Source: Squalus acanthias | Taxonomy: Eukaryota | Length of the DNA stretch: 64,000 nt | Direction of reading: 5' to 3' | Assembly: GCA_030390025.1 (NCBI GenBank) | Contig: CM059431.1 | Span: forward strand, 98,644,001-98,708,000 | In this document: positions 27,159 to 39,536 of the stretch, piece by piece | How positions within the stretch are numbered: the stretch's first letter is position 1 | Layout of the letters: every line of letters starts with the position of its first letter | Program-made: the position numbers and the translations under genes | Notes under the pieces: generated by a model | The model's input: the letters and a program-made list of their open reading frames with translations, nothing else | What the model was told of the DNA's origin: nothing | Databases searched by the model: none

Positions 27159-27626
27159 TTATTGTTTTCTTCAAGATGTGCCAAATGCAGAACACAGGGG
27201 GGTGGGGGGGGGAGAAATTTGTGTTGCATTAGCGCTGGCACTAAAGTACTGTTGACAGCTGTAACAACGGCTGATGCCGGTTCCAGCGCTGCACACCATA
27301 TCGGTGGTGCCGGGAGCGCTGCCAGTAACCTCGATCGCCAGGGAGCTCACCATGATGGAGATCATGACGTCAGTGAGTGTGCAATGCTCACTGGACGCCC
27401 AATCTGCCAACATCGTTTTAGCCAATGTACTTACCAGCTGGAGAAAGCAGCAACAGGTTGAGGTGGTGAGCAGCACCAATCACTCGCACCTGTCAGGGTT
27501 TTGAAGTTTGAGTGGCCGTGTGCTACTTCCTGCTACTGGATGAGTTTTCCTTAGAAATTTCAAGGTATCAGGGAGTGTTCTTGCAACTACAAAACTCCCT
27601 CATTATTTTCGAAAGGCTTCAAAGTA

Positions 27627-27981
27627 CAGGAAACTCTTGTTTAACCGGCACCTAAATATCTGGAATTCTCTCTTAACCGGCAAAAATCATACTCCGAAAA
27701 CTCCTCTCAAATAACCGGCAATGTTGCCGAGTCTGAGTCCGAGTCTCCCGCGAATGCCGAGTAATCCGAAAACTCCTCTCAAATAACCGGCAATGTTGCC
27801 GAGTCCGAGTCCGAGTCTCCCGCGAACGCCGAGTTAGTCAGTGGGGGTAGTTCTCCAAAGTGCCACTACTCGGCCTCCTGGCACTGTCGTTAAAAATAGC
27901 CTCGGTAGATATAACTCTCCGTTATCCGGAACTTTTGATCAACCGGCACCACGCCAGTCCCGGATACCAAAGAGTTTCCTG
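27627..27981. mobile_element. Tc1/mariner-pogo-like MITE with an internal tandem duplication of about 72 bp
   Basis: TA-CAGGAAACTCTT...AAGAGTTTCCTG-TA (12-bp TIR, TA TSD). Confidence 0.75.
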
Positions 27982-28754
27982 TACAACACTTGCTAAAAAT
28001 CACTCACTCACTCAATGTGCAGTTGGTGTGCGGCCACAGACAGCGAATCCTCAACGTCAATGCCCGCTATCCTGGCAGCAGCCATGATGCTTTCATGCTG
28101 CGCCAGCACTCTTCCAGCCACCACATCAAGCTTGCAGCTGGCTGCTCGGAAACAAGGGCTATCCGCTCTCCACCTGGCTCATGACTCCCCTCTGCAATCC
28201 CAACACTCGTGCCCAGCACTCATATAATGACAGCCATGCTGCCACCAGGAACATCATTGAGCAGATCATCAGCTTATTGAAGCAACGGTTACGCTGCCTT
28301 GACCGCTCGGGAGGAGCCCTCCAGTACTCGCCAGAGTGGGTGTCCCATTTCATGCATGCGCCACAACTTGGCCATCATGAAGGTGTAGCCCTTGCCAGCA
28401 GGGATTACGGGACCACCTCAGCGGGAGGACGAGGGAGAGGAGGAACAGGAGGGAGGGAGGAGGCAGTGAGACAATCGGCCTTCCGGACGGGCTGTCCATG
28501 ACCGGCTCATCAGACTGCGATTTGAATGAATGAAACCCCAGATCCCCGTAGCTCACCACATCCCCATCATAGCATCCCTGTCTCACGCCATATCACAGCA
28601 TCCTCCTAGGCGCAAAGGTGAAATGAGAGAGACCACAAAATATTCCAAACACCATTAATAAATTTATCTCTAAACATATCACACATATTACATGAATTCT
28701 AATAACTAATGACCCTTGTGCCTGTCATAGTTGAATAGCTATCATTGTGTGCAA

Positions 28755-28958
28755 TGATGTGGAGATGCCGGTGTTGGACTGGGGTGGACAAATGTGAGAA
28801 GTCGCACAACACCAGGTTATAGTCCAACAGTTTTATTTGAAATCAGAAGCTTTCGGAGCGCTGCTCCTTCTTCACCTGACGAAGGAGCAGCGCTCCGAAA
28901 GCTTGTGATTTCAAATAAAACTGTTGGACTATAACCTGGTGTTGTGCGACTTCTCACA
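28755..28958. mobile_element. Penelope-like retroelement remnant (palindrome)
   Basis: 78-bp inverted arms 28793-28870 and 28881-28958 with one mismatch; 11-bp direct repeat ATTGTGTGCAA on both flanks. Confidence 0.75.
28872..28908 (+). ncRNA. Minimal type I hammerhead ribozyme motif
   Basis: UCAC-CUGACGA-A-GGAGC(AGC)GCUCC-GAAA-GC-UU-GUGA: intact core, stem I UCAC/GUGA, stem II, palindromic mini stem III. Confidence 0.7.
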
Positions 28959-30010
28959 ATTGTGTGCAAGTTGTGAGATGTGGGTGTGAGTGTTGCTAGG
29001 TAGAGATTGTTGGTGGGTGAGTGCTGGGGGTGTGGTGCATTGAGCAGTGTGTGAAGCTTGTGGTACAGATGGTGGTATGTAGCATTTGTTGAAGCCTTCA
29101 CTCACCCTGACCACCCGTGTGAGGTTGTTAAACTTCTTCCTGCACTGAGTGTGAGTCCTGGGGACCACAGTGCTGCCCCTGGCGTGCTGCGCTACCTCCC
29201 TCCACATAGTGCGGCAGACTTGTGACGAGGGCCTCCAGCCAGTTGGTAGGTACAGGACCGCCACCTTCCATCCACTGCCAAAACCAATTCCTCTAAAGCT
29301 TCAACGGGAAACCTCCGGGCTCTCTCCATGGAGCGGTGATCTGCCATCAGGATTTGTAACTAAGTGCTCCTTCTCCTTGTCCTTCTTGTTATGGTCGTTG
29401 AGGCAGCTGCACACCCAACAATGCTGAGAACGAGATGCTGCAGCATCAATGGTCCTCCCCTTTAAGTAGTGTGGCAATCATTACTTCATTACTTGAGTTT
29501 AGGCTACACCCAATATTGGTCCATCTTTTCAGTGTAACGCCAATGAGCTTGGGTTTTTAGACGAGAATCATGACTGCAATCATTTTAATTTGGAGGATGA
29601 ATTTTGCGTGCAGTCTAGACGATTTTCACCTGGCTACTTAAACATTTTGGGGTAAAAATTAGGTCGCGCCCCATTTGGGGCGCAAATATCGTCTGGACGC
29701 AAATATTAGCGCCTGGCGCTAATTATCGGCACTGACTGGAAACTTCACTTTTACCGCCCCGGGAGGTGAGTGGAGCGCTAAATCAGGCGCTGCACACCTG
29801 TCTTAAGGCGCAAAGGCCAATGAGTGAGGCGCTAACTCAACGCGCGAGCGCAGCGCAGCTGCTGCCAGTTAGCGAGGGAACACAGACACACTGGCGCCGG
29901 CCACTTCTTAAAGCGGGGGGGGGGGGCAACTTGCTCCCCAGCCACACCCTGCTCATTGCAGCCTTGAATCTCGGCCTGGAGAGACCTGTGAATCCATTTT
30001 GCTGCCAAGC

Positions 30011-31944
30011 ATGGAGAGGGTGAGAGAACGCGCTCATCGCTTCACCGAGCGGGCCTTGGATGCTCTGGTTGGCACGGTGGAGCGCAGAAGATGTATGCTC
30101 TTCCCTGAGAGTGGCAGGAGGCCTTTGCCACGCGAGTTCAGAAGAGTGTGGAGGGAGGTGGCTCAGAGCGTCTCCTCCAGGAGCATGGTGCCCAGGACCC
30201 ATACTCAATGCCGCAAAAAGTTCAACGACCTCACTCGGGTCGTCAGGGTGAGTGGCTTTTTCTCAATACCTCTCCATCCCTCCATCTCAACCTCACTCTA
30301 TGGCCAGAGGGTCTTAAAACCCCAATGCACAACACTCATCCAACACCTATGGCCCTTTCATGAAACACACACACACATTCCACACTTTGCATACAGTAAG
30401 GGCTATTCACCTATGGGAGGCACATCAGGCAACACCATGGCTGTATACAGTAAGGGCTATTCACCTATGGAGGCACATCAGGCAAGACCATGGCTGTATA
30501 CAGTAAGGGCTATTCACCTATGGGAGGCACATCAGGCAAGACCATGGCTGCATACAGTAAGGGCTATTCACCTATGGGAGGCACATCAGGCAAGACCATG
30601 GCTGTATATTTACTCAGATGCTGTCCTTTTTCTTACAGGCCAAGCTGGCGCATAATCGGAGACAGCAGCAACGGACAGGTGGAGGGCGGCCTCAGCTGCA
30701 ACCCCTCAGCGATCTTGAGGAGCGCGTCCACAGGATTGTGGCAAGCCGGGTGATCGGTCCCGTCGCCACTGGAGACGCCGACCCCGTTCTGGACAGCAAT
30801 GGTAAGGTCATCACCTTTTTGTCCTCTGTCCTTCCACTTGTCCCTCACAACACCAGCCTTTGACACTTTCAATCCAACTTGCTAACTCGCTGCACTTATC
30901 CTCCCTTACTGCCACCCTGTCCTCACGCTAAAGCCACTCTTGTACCTCCCTGCTTTCAGATGGTGATTCACCAGCTGAGGAGACGGGCCCTCAAGCTGCC
31001 AGTGGGAGTGAAGCTGCAGCCGAGGAGGAAGAGGAAGCCGGAGCATCAGTGCCACCCTCTCCCGAGGAAGCCCATGCCCACACTGGGAACACGCCTTCCC
31101 TGGAGGGGAGCAGGGGGGAAGGGTCTGATGAGGGTGAAGCTCCAGGACCCAGCGGGCTGCAGCAACGCCATGGGGGGGGGGGGGTAGGGAAGAACGGGGG
31201 CCTTCTCCCCAGAGGGAGAGTATGCCAGACACTCCTACTGCAATGGACGCAGAGGAGGAGCGGCTGATCGCAGAAATGAACACCCAGGCGGTGGGCATGC
31301 ACACTGAGCTCATGGGTGCAGTGGGAAGGGTGCCCGAATGCATTGAGTCACTGGCAAGGAGTGTGGAGCACTTCGCTGTAGCACAGGCGGATGCCACACT
31401 AACGCTTAGTGCTGCAATTCAGTCACTGGCTGCCGTGATCCCATCTCTGACTGCTCTCATACAGACTCAGATTGAGGCCACGCGAGCACAGACTGCTGCC
31501 AACCTCGATGGTTCGTGCACATGTCCCCGGGGCTGTCACCGCGCCGCAGCAGGCCAGCAATCTGTTCTCCGGTAGATTGCTCCGGATGCTGAAGTGCTGC
31601 CCCGTGGGAGTGCCAGTGTGTCGGGCGAGCAGGGAGTTGCTGTCCTCTCTCACGATGACAGCATTCCTGCTGCCAACACTGTCACTTCTCCACTGCACTT
31701 GCCACCGCCTGTAGGACAGACTGCTGCCGCCCATGCAGAGTTGGTGCAGTCTGCAGCCGGGCCCTCCAGGCCCAGAACTGGTCGAGGCCGTCCTTCAGGG
31801 GCATCTGCAGTGTCAGGGTCTGACGAGCAGCAGCCTTCCACCAGCCTTGCTGCAGCCACTGAGGTCCTATTACGGAGGAGCAGTAGGGTTAGAAGGGGGG
31901 AAGTGCACAAGGGAAGGAGATCACCCTCGAAGGGCAAAAAGTAG
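30011..31944 (+). pseudogene. Myb/SANT gene of copy A; exons 30011-30247, 30639-30801, 30960-31944; disrupted
   Basis: Same exon structure as copy B; expanded G-run at 31172-31184 shifts the frame; in-frame TAG at 31573-31575. Confidence 0.8.
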
Positions 31945-32238
31945 GAGGTGTGACAAAATGCTGGTCATTTTTTTATTAAAGTTTGAGGTTCATGGTCCAA
32001 CTTTTGTTTAGTGTTTTGGACATTATCTCCAGGTTGTGAGAACCAGTTATGTTATTGACTGTTTTTTTGTGTTTATTTCTATGAGTTTGTCATGAGGAAT
32101 TGACACACACAGAGTTTGTAAAATAAATAAGTTTCTGTATTCAAAATATACATGGTTGGTGGTTGGAATTATTGGTGCCTTGGCCGGCTTAGGGGTTGCG
32201 TGCTGGGTTCATTAATGTTGTTAGCAATGGCAGGGGCC

Positions 32239-33400
32239 CTAGAAGCGGCTTGCTATTAGCCGTTGACGGACGGCCCTTGCAGTTTGACCATTGTGGGCCA
32301 CCCTCCCGCCTTGGTGCTGCTGATGATCATCCTCCTCGTCCTCTTCCTCCTCTTCCTCCTCCTCCTCTGGTGGTGCTCCAAGGCCTGGTGGCATTGGCTG
32401 GGTCTTGAGGATTGCCATGTTATGCAACATGCAGCACACGACTACGAAGTTCGATACTCGCTCAGGCGAGTACTGCAGGGCTCCTCCAGAATGGTCGAGA
32501 CAGCGGAACCGTTGCTTCAGCACGCCGATTGTGCGCTCAATTATGTTCCTGGTAGCTTGATGGCTCTCATTGTACCGCAGCTCAGCAGGGGTGTTGGGCG
32601 TACGGAGCGGTGTCATCAGCCAGGTGCTCAATGCATACCCCTTGTCCCCGAGAAGCCAACCAACTGGCTGATGCGGTGCCTCGAAAAGTTCTGCCACAGT
32701 AGTCTGGCGCAGGATAAAAGCATCGTGGCAGCTGCCAGGATACTGGGCATTGACAGCGAGTATCAGCTGTCTGTGGTCACAGACCAACTGAACATTCAAG
32801 GAATGGAACCCCTTTCTGTTCCTGAATTCCTCGGCATTCTCATGCGGAGCACGCAAAGCCACATGCGTGCAGTCAATGGCGCCCTGCACCATGGGGAAGC
32901 CCGCTACCCTCGCAAAGCCCAGAGCGCGGTCACGCTGCTTGTCTGGGGTCATGGGGAAAGAGATGAACTCTCGTCTCCTTTTAAAGAGGGCATTTGTGAC
33001 CTGCCGGATGCAGGCAATGCACCGCGAACTGGGAGATATTGGCGAGGTCCCCAGCAGCAGCTTGAAATGAGCCAGTAGCGTAAAAGTTGAGAGCCACTGT
33101 GACCTTCACTGCCACCGACAGAGACGTCCTGGACCTCAGTTGAGGCTGCAGATCTGGCTGCAGCAGGTGGCAGAGCTCAGTGACCACCTCCTTGCTGAAT
33201 CGCAGCCTTCGCAAACACAGCTCCTCAGACATATGGATGTAGGAGAGCTGTTCACGATATACCCTGGGAGGGTAAGCTCTCCTGTACATACGCTTGATGG
33301 CCCTCCTCCGTCTGGCCATCATTGCCACTCTCTCTCTGCGTCTCTGTATCCTCCGATTCAGCTGGAACAGGACGACGCCCCCAATCAGTGCAGCCCCCAT
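32239..33400 (-). pseudogene. Harbinger transposase of copy A, frameshifted
   Basis: Split into ORFs 32981-33469 and 32239-32952 by a 1-bp insertion near 33013 (caggcaatg versus cagcaatg in copy B); DDE motifs retained. Confidence 0.85.
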
Positions 33401-33984
33401 ATTCTCTTTGCAAGCAAAGTAATGAAGGACAGCAACTAAAGTACCAGCGAAGTTAGGATCAATAGGCAAAACTACCTCACAAAGCGTTGAGTCAATGTAG
33501 AAGTCTCTCTTTCTCTCTCTCCGAATCTCTCTCTCTCTCTCAGAACGAGTGGTGCAAAAATGTCGACCACAGAAAAAGACAGGAAGAGGCCCCCTTTAAA
33601 TAGCGCCCCCCCAGCCCCACAGCGATTGATAGCGTTCCAGTCTTCCGGTCGTTGGAAGCGCCAGGCGGTAAGGCAGGGGGCGCCACTCAATTTCCGCTCC
33701 GGGGCGCCACAAGGGCGTTGCACCATGGAATGACGTCACAATCTGCGCGCGCAGGTGGTCGCAGCGGTAAGTTTTAGCGCCGCTGCACAATCTCTAGTTA
33801 AGTTCCCGAGCGGCGCAAACATCGCTGCGCCCGGGCGTTAGCGGCTTTGCGCCCCATTAGCGCCCTCTTAAGGCGCTAACGGGAGGCGCAACCAACTGAA
33901 TTTTTACCCCTTTTAGTCTAAACACGGCCCATTCCTTGGCTATAACGAATTTCTAGCCCAGGGTGTTTTGGAACCTGACTTATT

Positions 33985-34741
33985 GGCCCAAATCTTGCTG
34001 GAGTGGGGCATCTCACAGTGTGCCCCATTAATTAGACTTTTTTCTTCAATCTTCAGCTCAAAAATGTTTTGCTCTGTAACTTGCTGGCAGTGTGAGCTGA
34101 TAACGGTGCAGCGAGGGCCACGGGGCATCTGGGACCTCGGTGAACGACGGGACCAAAGTCTATCTCCTTAACCCATGAGATTTAAGGATTGAGAAAGAAA
34201 CAGAGGAACGACGGAGAAGGAAATAGGGTGAATTAGAGTCAAATCAGGTACAGAAAGAGAAATAAAGAGAGGGAAAGAAAGATTGAATTAAGAGAGAAAA
34301 TAGAGTCAAAAAGGAAAAGTAGGAAAAAAAAATTTTTTTTAATTTTAATAATCTCCAAGAACAATTTACTAGCTGCACGAATGAGATTCCACAGTTTCAA
34401 TTGTTCCCTTTCTGGGCCGGAGAGGTTGCGCGGCATTGCAGGATCATAAATCTCCTGTTTAAAAGGGTCCTTCTCACTGTTAAGTACCAGCCCTAACTTT
34501 CCGCGGCGAGTTTAACGGGTAATTAATGCGCAAATGCAGCAATTTCCTGAAACTCGCGGGGAGGTTGAGAGCGAGCTGCCGTTTTCGCGAGGCTAATGGG
34601 CAGAGCAAATCGTCCGGCAACTTGTGGCGATTGGCAACTCACGGGGAATCTCTCCCTCGCCACAAGTTGCCGGACGAGTCGCACGTCAATAACGGCGAGC
34701 GCCATTAAACCCACCGTTATTCTGGCAGCAGATTCTGGACC
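33985..34741. mobile_element. Non-autonomous TIR element, same family as 5116-5852
   Basis: Colinear similarity over about 700 bp; GGCCCAAATCTTGCTG start. Confidence 0.7.
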
Positions 34742-34919
34742 ATAGTTTCACTACTGTTTGCCATTGGCTGAAACTTTCAAAATGTAACAGTGTTTGACGT
34801 GTAACAAATCCTTGGTTTCTAACACAGCGGAGAGATTAATGAGGCAGTGTCTGCATGAGAAAAAACACTTGCAAACACCTGAGCATCCGGGGAGGGAGGA
34901 CAGCCTCATGTCATTTCAT

Positions 34920-35535
34920 TTTAGAGCACTGTGCATAGTTCTGGTCTCCATATACCTTGGTTAGACCACACTTGGAGCACTGCGCATAGTTCTGGTCTCC
35001 ATATACCTTGGTTAGACCGCACTTGGAGCACTGCGCACAGTTCTGCTCTCCATTAATAAAAAGGATATAGAGGCACTGGCGAAGGTGCAAAAAATATTTG
35101 CAAGGATGAAACCAGAACTGAAAGGTTATAACTATCAGGAAAGATTGAACGGGCTGGGGCTCTTTTCTGTAGAAAGAGAAGGCTGAGGGGTGACCTGATT
35201 GAGGTCTTTAAAATTATGAAGGGGTTCGCTAGGGTAGAGGTAGAGAAGATGTTTCCACTTGTGGGGAGACCAAAGCTAGGGGCCATAAATATAAGATAGT
35301 CACTAGTAAATCCAATAGGGAATTCAGGAGAAACTTCTTTACCCAGAGAGTGGTGAGAATGTGGAACTCGCTCCCACAGGGAGTGGTTGAGGCGAATAGC
35401 AGAGATGCATTTAAGGGGAAGCTGGATAAACACATGATGGAGAAAGGAATAGTAGGATATGCTGACAGGGTGAGATGAAGAGGGTGGGAGGAGGCTCGGA
35501 CCAGTGGGGCCGAATGGCCTGTTTCTGTGCTGTAC
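34920..35535 (+). mobile_element. CR1 LINE 3' fragment with an internal tandem repeat of about 51 bp
   Basis: Matches CR1 C-terminal coding sequence; homologous to 2990-3445. Confidence 0.75.
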
Positions 35536-36052
35536 ATTCCATGTCATTTCCTCAGGCCAACATGCGCAAATACTGCTTGCTTCCAAGTTCAAGGATGTTT
35601 GCTGCTCACGTTTAAGGCGTGTTACAACTTTTTAGCTAAGGTGCAAACGGAAAACACAGCTGGGATCAGCGGCTTGTGGAGTTGTTTTCACAGCAAGACT
35701 TTCAGAACCCATTTGTGACGATTGCTACTCGGGCAAGGGAAGGCAGAAATGTACAAGAAACATCTCGCTCCGCTGGCAGCTCCCACGCTGTGAACTCTTC
35801 CTGACTAACAGAATGACCCACACCTGCTGTGTGGCTGGCGTCTCACTTCACAATTAACTGCAGCGTTGGGCTTGTGCTTCTGGAGTTCCCTCTGAGCTTT
35901 TTTTTTAAACTCTCGATTTTTCTTTGGTTTCCATGTCATAGACTGATCTCGTAGGCGAGCCCTCACTCTCGATACAGAGACTGTCCATTCGATTTTATTC
36001 ACTCCGTACCTTCAGCTGCCTCGGCCCTAAGCTCTGGATTTCCCTCCCTAAA

Positions 36053-36500
36053 GGACAAAGTAGCCCGCTTGATCGGCACCCCATCCACCACCTTAAACAT
36101 TCACTCCCTCCACCATCGGCGTACCGTGGCTGCAGTGTGTACCATCTACAAGATGCACTGCAGCAACTCGCCAAGGCTTCTTCGGCAGCACCTCCCAAAC
36201 CCGCAGCATCTACCACCAAGAAGGACAAGGGCAGCAGGCGCATGGGAACACCACCACCTCCAAGTTCCCCTCCAAGTCACACATCATCCTGACTTGGAAA
36301 TATATTGCCGTTCCTTCATCGTTGCTGGGTCAAAATCCTGGAATTCCCTCCCTAACAGCACTGTGGGAGCACCTTCACCACACGGACTGCAGCGGTTCAA
36401 GAAGGCGGCTCACCACCACCTTCTCGAGGGCAATTAGGGATGGGCAATAAATGCTGGCATTGACAGCGATGCCCACATCCCATAAGCGAATTTAAAAAAA
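36053..36500 (+). mobile_element. LINE 3' fragment sharing its tail with the second SINE, inserted in an L2 tail; second copy at 59680-60036
   Basis: HSLHHRRTVAAVCTIYKMHC..WNSLP; ends in an A-run; flanks rejoin as ..ttccctccctaaa/cctctccgcctc.. Confidence 0.7.
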
Positions 36501-39500
36501 CCTCTCCGCCTCTCTCTCCTCTTTTAAGACGCTCCTTAAAACCTGTCTCACCTGCCCTAATATCTCTCAAATGTGGCTCGGTGCCAAATTTTTGTCTGAT
36601 TATTGCTTCTGTGAAGCGCCTCGGGAAGTTTTACCACGTTAAAGGCGCTGTATAAATGCAGGCTGTTTCCCAGAAAGAGTGCGGAGATCAAACAGAAAGC
36701 TTCATCAGTTATTGGTTTTATCATGTGGTCCTTAGTGTCTTTGGAAGGTAGCAGACTGGCCTTTCACAAATTTGTCAAACAGTAAAAGAACACCTGGATA
36801 ACAGCAGAAACACAACATGCATTCTTACAGTTGTTCAGGTTAGCTCGAATCTTAATTAGTAAAATATAATGAGAGTCTTGTGCTAAACTATGATACAAGT
36901 AACATTCTTACATCGTGAGTCTTTTCATTCTCTCACCAGCCATGGGAACTATCTGCAATAATTCCATTTGGTAATTAACGGCAGTATTTGCACCTTATCT
37001 TTCTGCTCTTCTTGAAGTTTCACAACTCTTTTCTGAATTAGTTTCATGGCAGACACAGTGTTGTCCGTGCTCCTGCTACAGCGCCGTGCGTGCTTCATTC
37101 TTGGGTGTCATCTTCTACCAAATATCTCCAGAACGGCACACACCAAGGATCCCTCATCTGTAGATCTTAGTTCTTGCTAACAAGAACTGCTCACTCCAGT
37201 GTTACATCAATGAATTTTTCTGCATTCATGTCCTGGGCCAATATTCATCCCTCAACCAACATCATTAAATTAAATTAGCTGGTCATTTATCTCATTGCTG
37301 TTTGTGGGAGCTTGCTGTGCACAAATTGGCTGCTGCGTTTCCCTACATTACAACAGTGACTACACTTCAAAAGCACCTTGGGACGTCCTGAGGTTGTGAA
37401 AGGCGCTATATAAATGCAAGTCTTTCTATCTAAAAAAGCGAAAGATCTGCCCGGGATCTTTAAGACAACAAGAGATTAGTTCCTTCAAAAAAGTGTGGAT
37501 TCCCTAACTCTCCCCCACACCCCCTTTCATCAGAGAATTTATCCAGAGCTCTCAAAGGGTTAAGTGCCACGTTGCAGAGTTTATGAGTTTGTATAACTTA
37601 CAATTCCTCTTTATGAGTCTTAAAGCAATGAATAATCTAATACTGAGTCATCTTGTGTGAATAAAGTCAGTGTAACCATTACATACCCTTTAAATCGAGC
37701 TTGACTTCAAGCCTTCATTGAGCAGATTCTGATGATGTAATTTGGTGAGGTCCTACTATCCTCCTCTCCCAATATTGAACAAATCTCTCCCACTGCCCCA
37801 TCCTGTCTGTTGTGTGATGAGTTGATGAGTCAAATAGTCATTCGAATTTCTCAATCCCTGCGGCCACTCAAGTACTTTTTGATTGTTCACCATTTTTACT
37901 TCCCAAAAAGGCAGCCGTTCTGGTATTGTAATGTGCTTAAAGTATGAATGCAACAAAACATTTTGATGTTTTCTAAAATAAATACAATTAAGCAAATACC
38001 TTAAGGTTATCGGATGAGATGTTAAACCGAGAACTCAACTGCCCTCTCAGGTGGACGTAAAAGATCCCACGGCCACTATTTCGAGGAAGAGCAGGAGAGT
38101 TCTCCCTGCTGTCCTGGGGCCAAAATTTTTCCCTCCACCACTGTCACTAAAACAGATGATCTGATCAGTATCACATTGCTGTTTGTGGGAGCTTGCTGTG
38201 CGCAAATTGGCTGTCGCGTTTCCCTACATTGCAACAGTGACTACACTCCAAACAAGTACTTCATTGGCTGTGAAGCGCTTTGGGGACGTCCTGAGGTTGT
38301 GAAAGGTGCTGGAGAAATGCAAGTTCATTCTATATAACTGAGGATAGTCAATAAATGTCGGCCTTGTTAGTGAGACCCACATCCCAAGGATGAATATAAA
38401 ATGTTGTAGTAAAGAAAATATATTTGTGATGCTAAAAATGAGGCATCTTTCAAATTATAAATCCTCAATGTACAATTAAACCGGCAAGGAACTTGGACTG
38501 TGTAAACAAGGTAACTTCCTTCCAAACAGTTTTAAAATGCTAAATGTCTATTCTTAACTCCTTATAGTCCCAATTCTAGGCAACAAAAAGGTATTTCAAG
38601 GCGTTTCAGTTTAAAGCTCTGGGCAATATGAACGCACAGGACAGCACTGCTACTGTCATCCGTCTCCTCTGATTCAAGTCTGACGCATGACTGCAGATTA
38701 TGCAATCTGTTTATCTGAACATACAGCATGATGATGCATTCTGGAAACACTCGGGTGGTGGGGAAACATTAAGCAGAATGAATAATGCTGGAATGGTTCG
38801 AAACAGAAAAATAAATGACAACAAGGCTGAAGGGCAGGGTTTACAGATCAGCACTTGGAGTAGATCAGCACTCAGCCTTGGGTCTCCAGGCAAAGCTCAC
38901 TCCTGCAGTCATCAAATTATCAAAATTCCCCCCGAGCTCTCTGCGCTCCGCCAATTCTGGCCTCTTGCACATCCCCGATTTTAATCGCTCCACCATTGGC
39001 GGCCGTGCCTTCAGTTGCCTGGGCCCTGAGCTCTGGAATTCCCTCCCTAAACCGCTCCGCCTCTCTCCGCCTTTAAGACGTTCCTCAAAACCTACCTCTT
39101 TGACTAAGCTTTTGGTCACCTGTACTAATATCTCATGTGGCTCGGTAGCACTCTCGCCTCTCGCACTCAGAAGATTGTGGGGGGAAAAATTCAGTCGCGC
39201 CCCATTTGAGGCGCAAATATCGTCCGGGCGCAAAAATTAGCGCCTGGCGCTAATTATCGCCACTGACTGGAAACTTCACTTTTAACGCCCCTAGAGGTGA
39301 TTGGAGCGCTAAATCAGGCGCTGCACACCTGTCTTAAGGCGCAAAGGCCGAGGAGTGAGGTGCTAACTCAGAGCGCGAGCGCAGCGCAGTTGCTGCCAGT
39401 TAGCGAGGGAACACAGACACACTGGCGCCGGCCAGTTCTTAAAGGGGGGGGCGATTTTGCTCCCCAGCCACACCCTGCTCATTGCAGCCTTGAATCTCGG

Positions 39501-39536
39501 CCTGGAGAGACCTGTGAATCCATTTTCCAGCCAAGG

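Larger units (their letters stand above)
29649..33910. mobile_element. Full-length PIF/Harbinger transposon, copy A (disrupted genes)
   Basis: TIRs GGGGTAAAAATT...AATTTTTACCCC; flanked by TTT(T); colinear with copy B and in the same orientation. Confidence 0.92.
27208..33959. mobile_element. Older decayed Harbinger hosting nested insertions (boundaries approximate)
   Basis: Transposase remnant on + at about 27990-28530 ([35 protein letters not shown]); Myb remnant on - at about 29100-29264 (WREVAQ..RTHTQCRKKFNNL); imperfect ends GGGGGAGAAATT / AATTTCTAGCCC. Confidence 0.65.
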
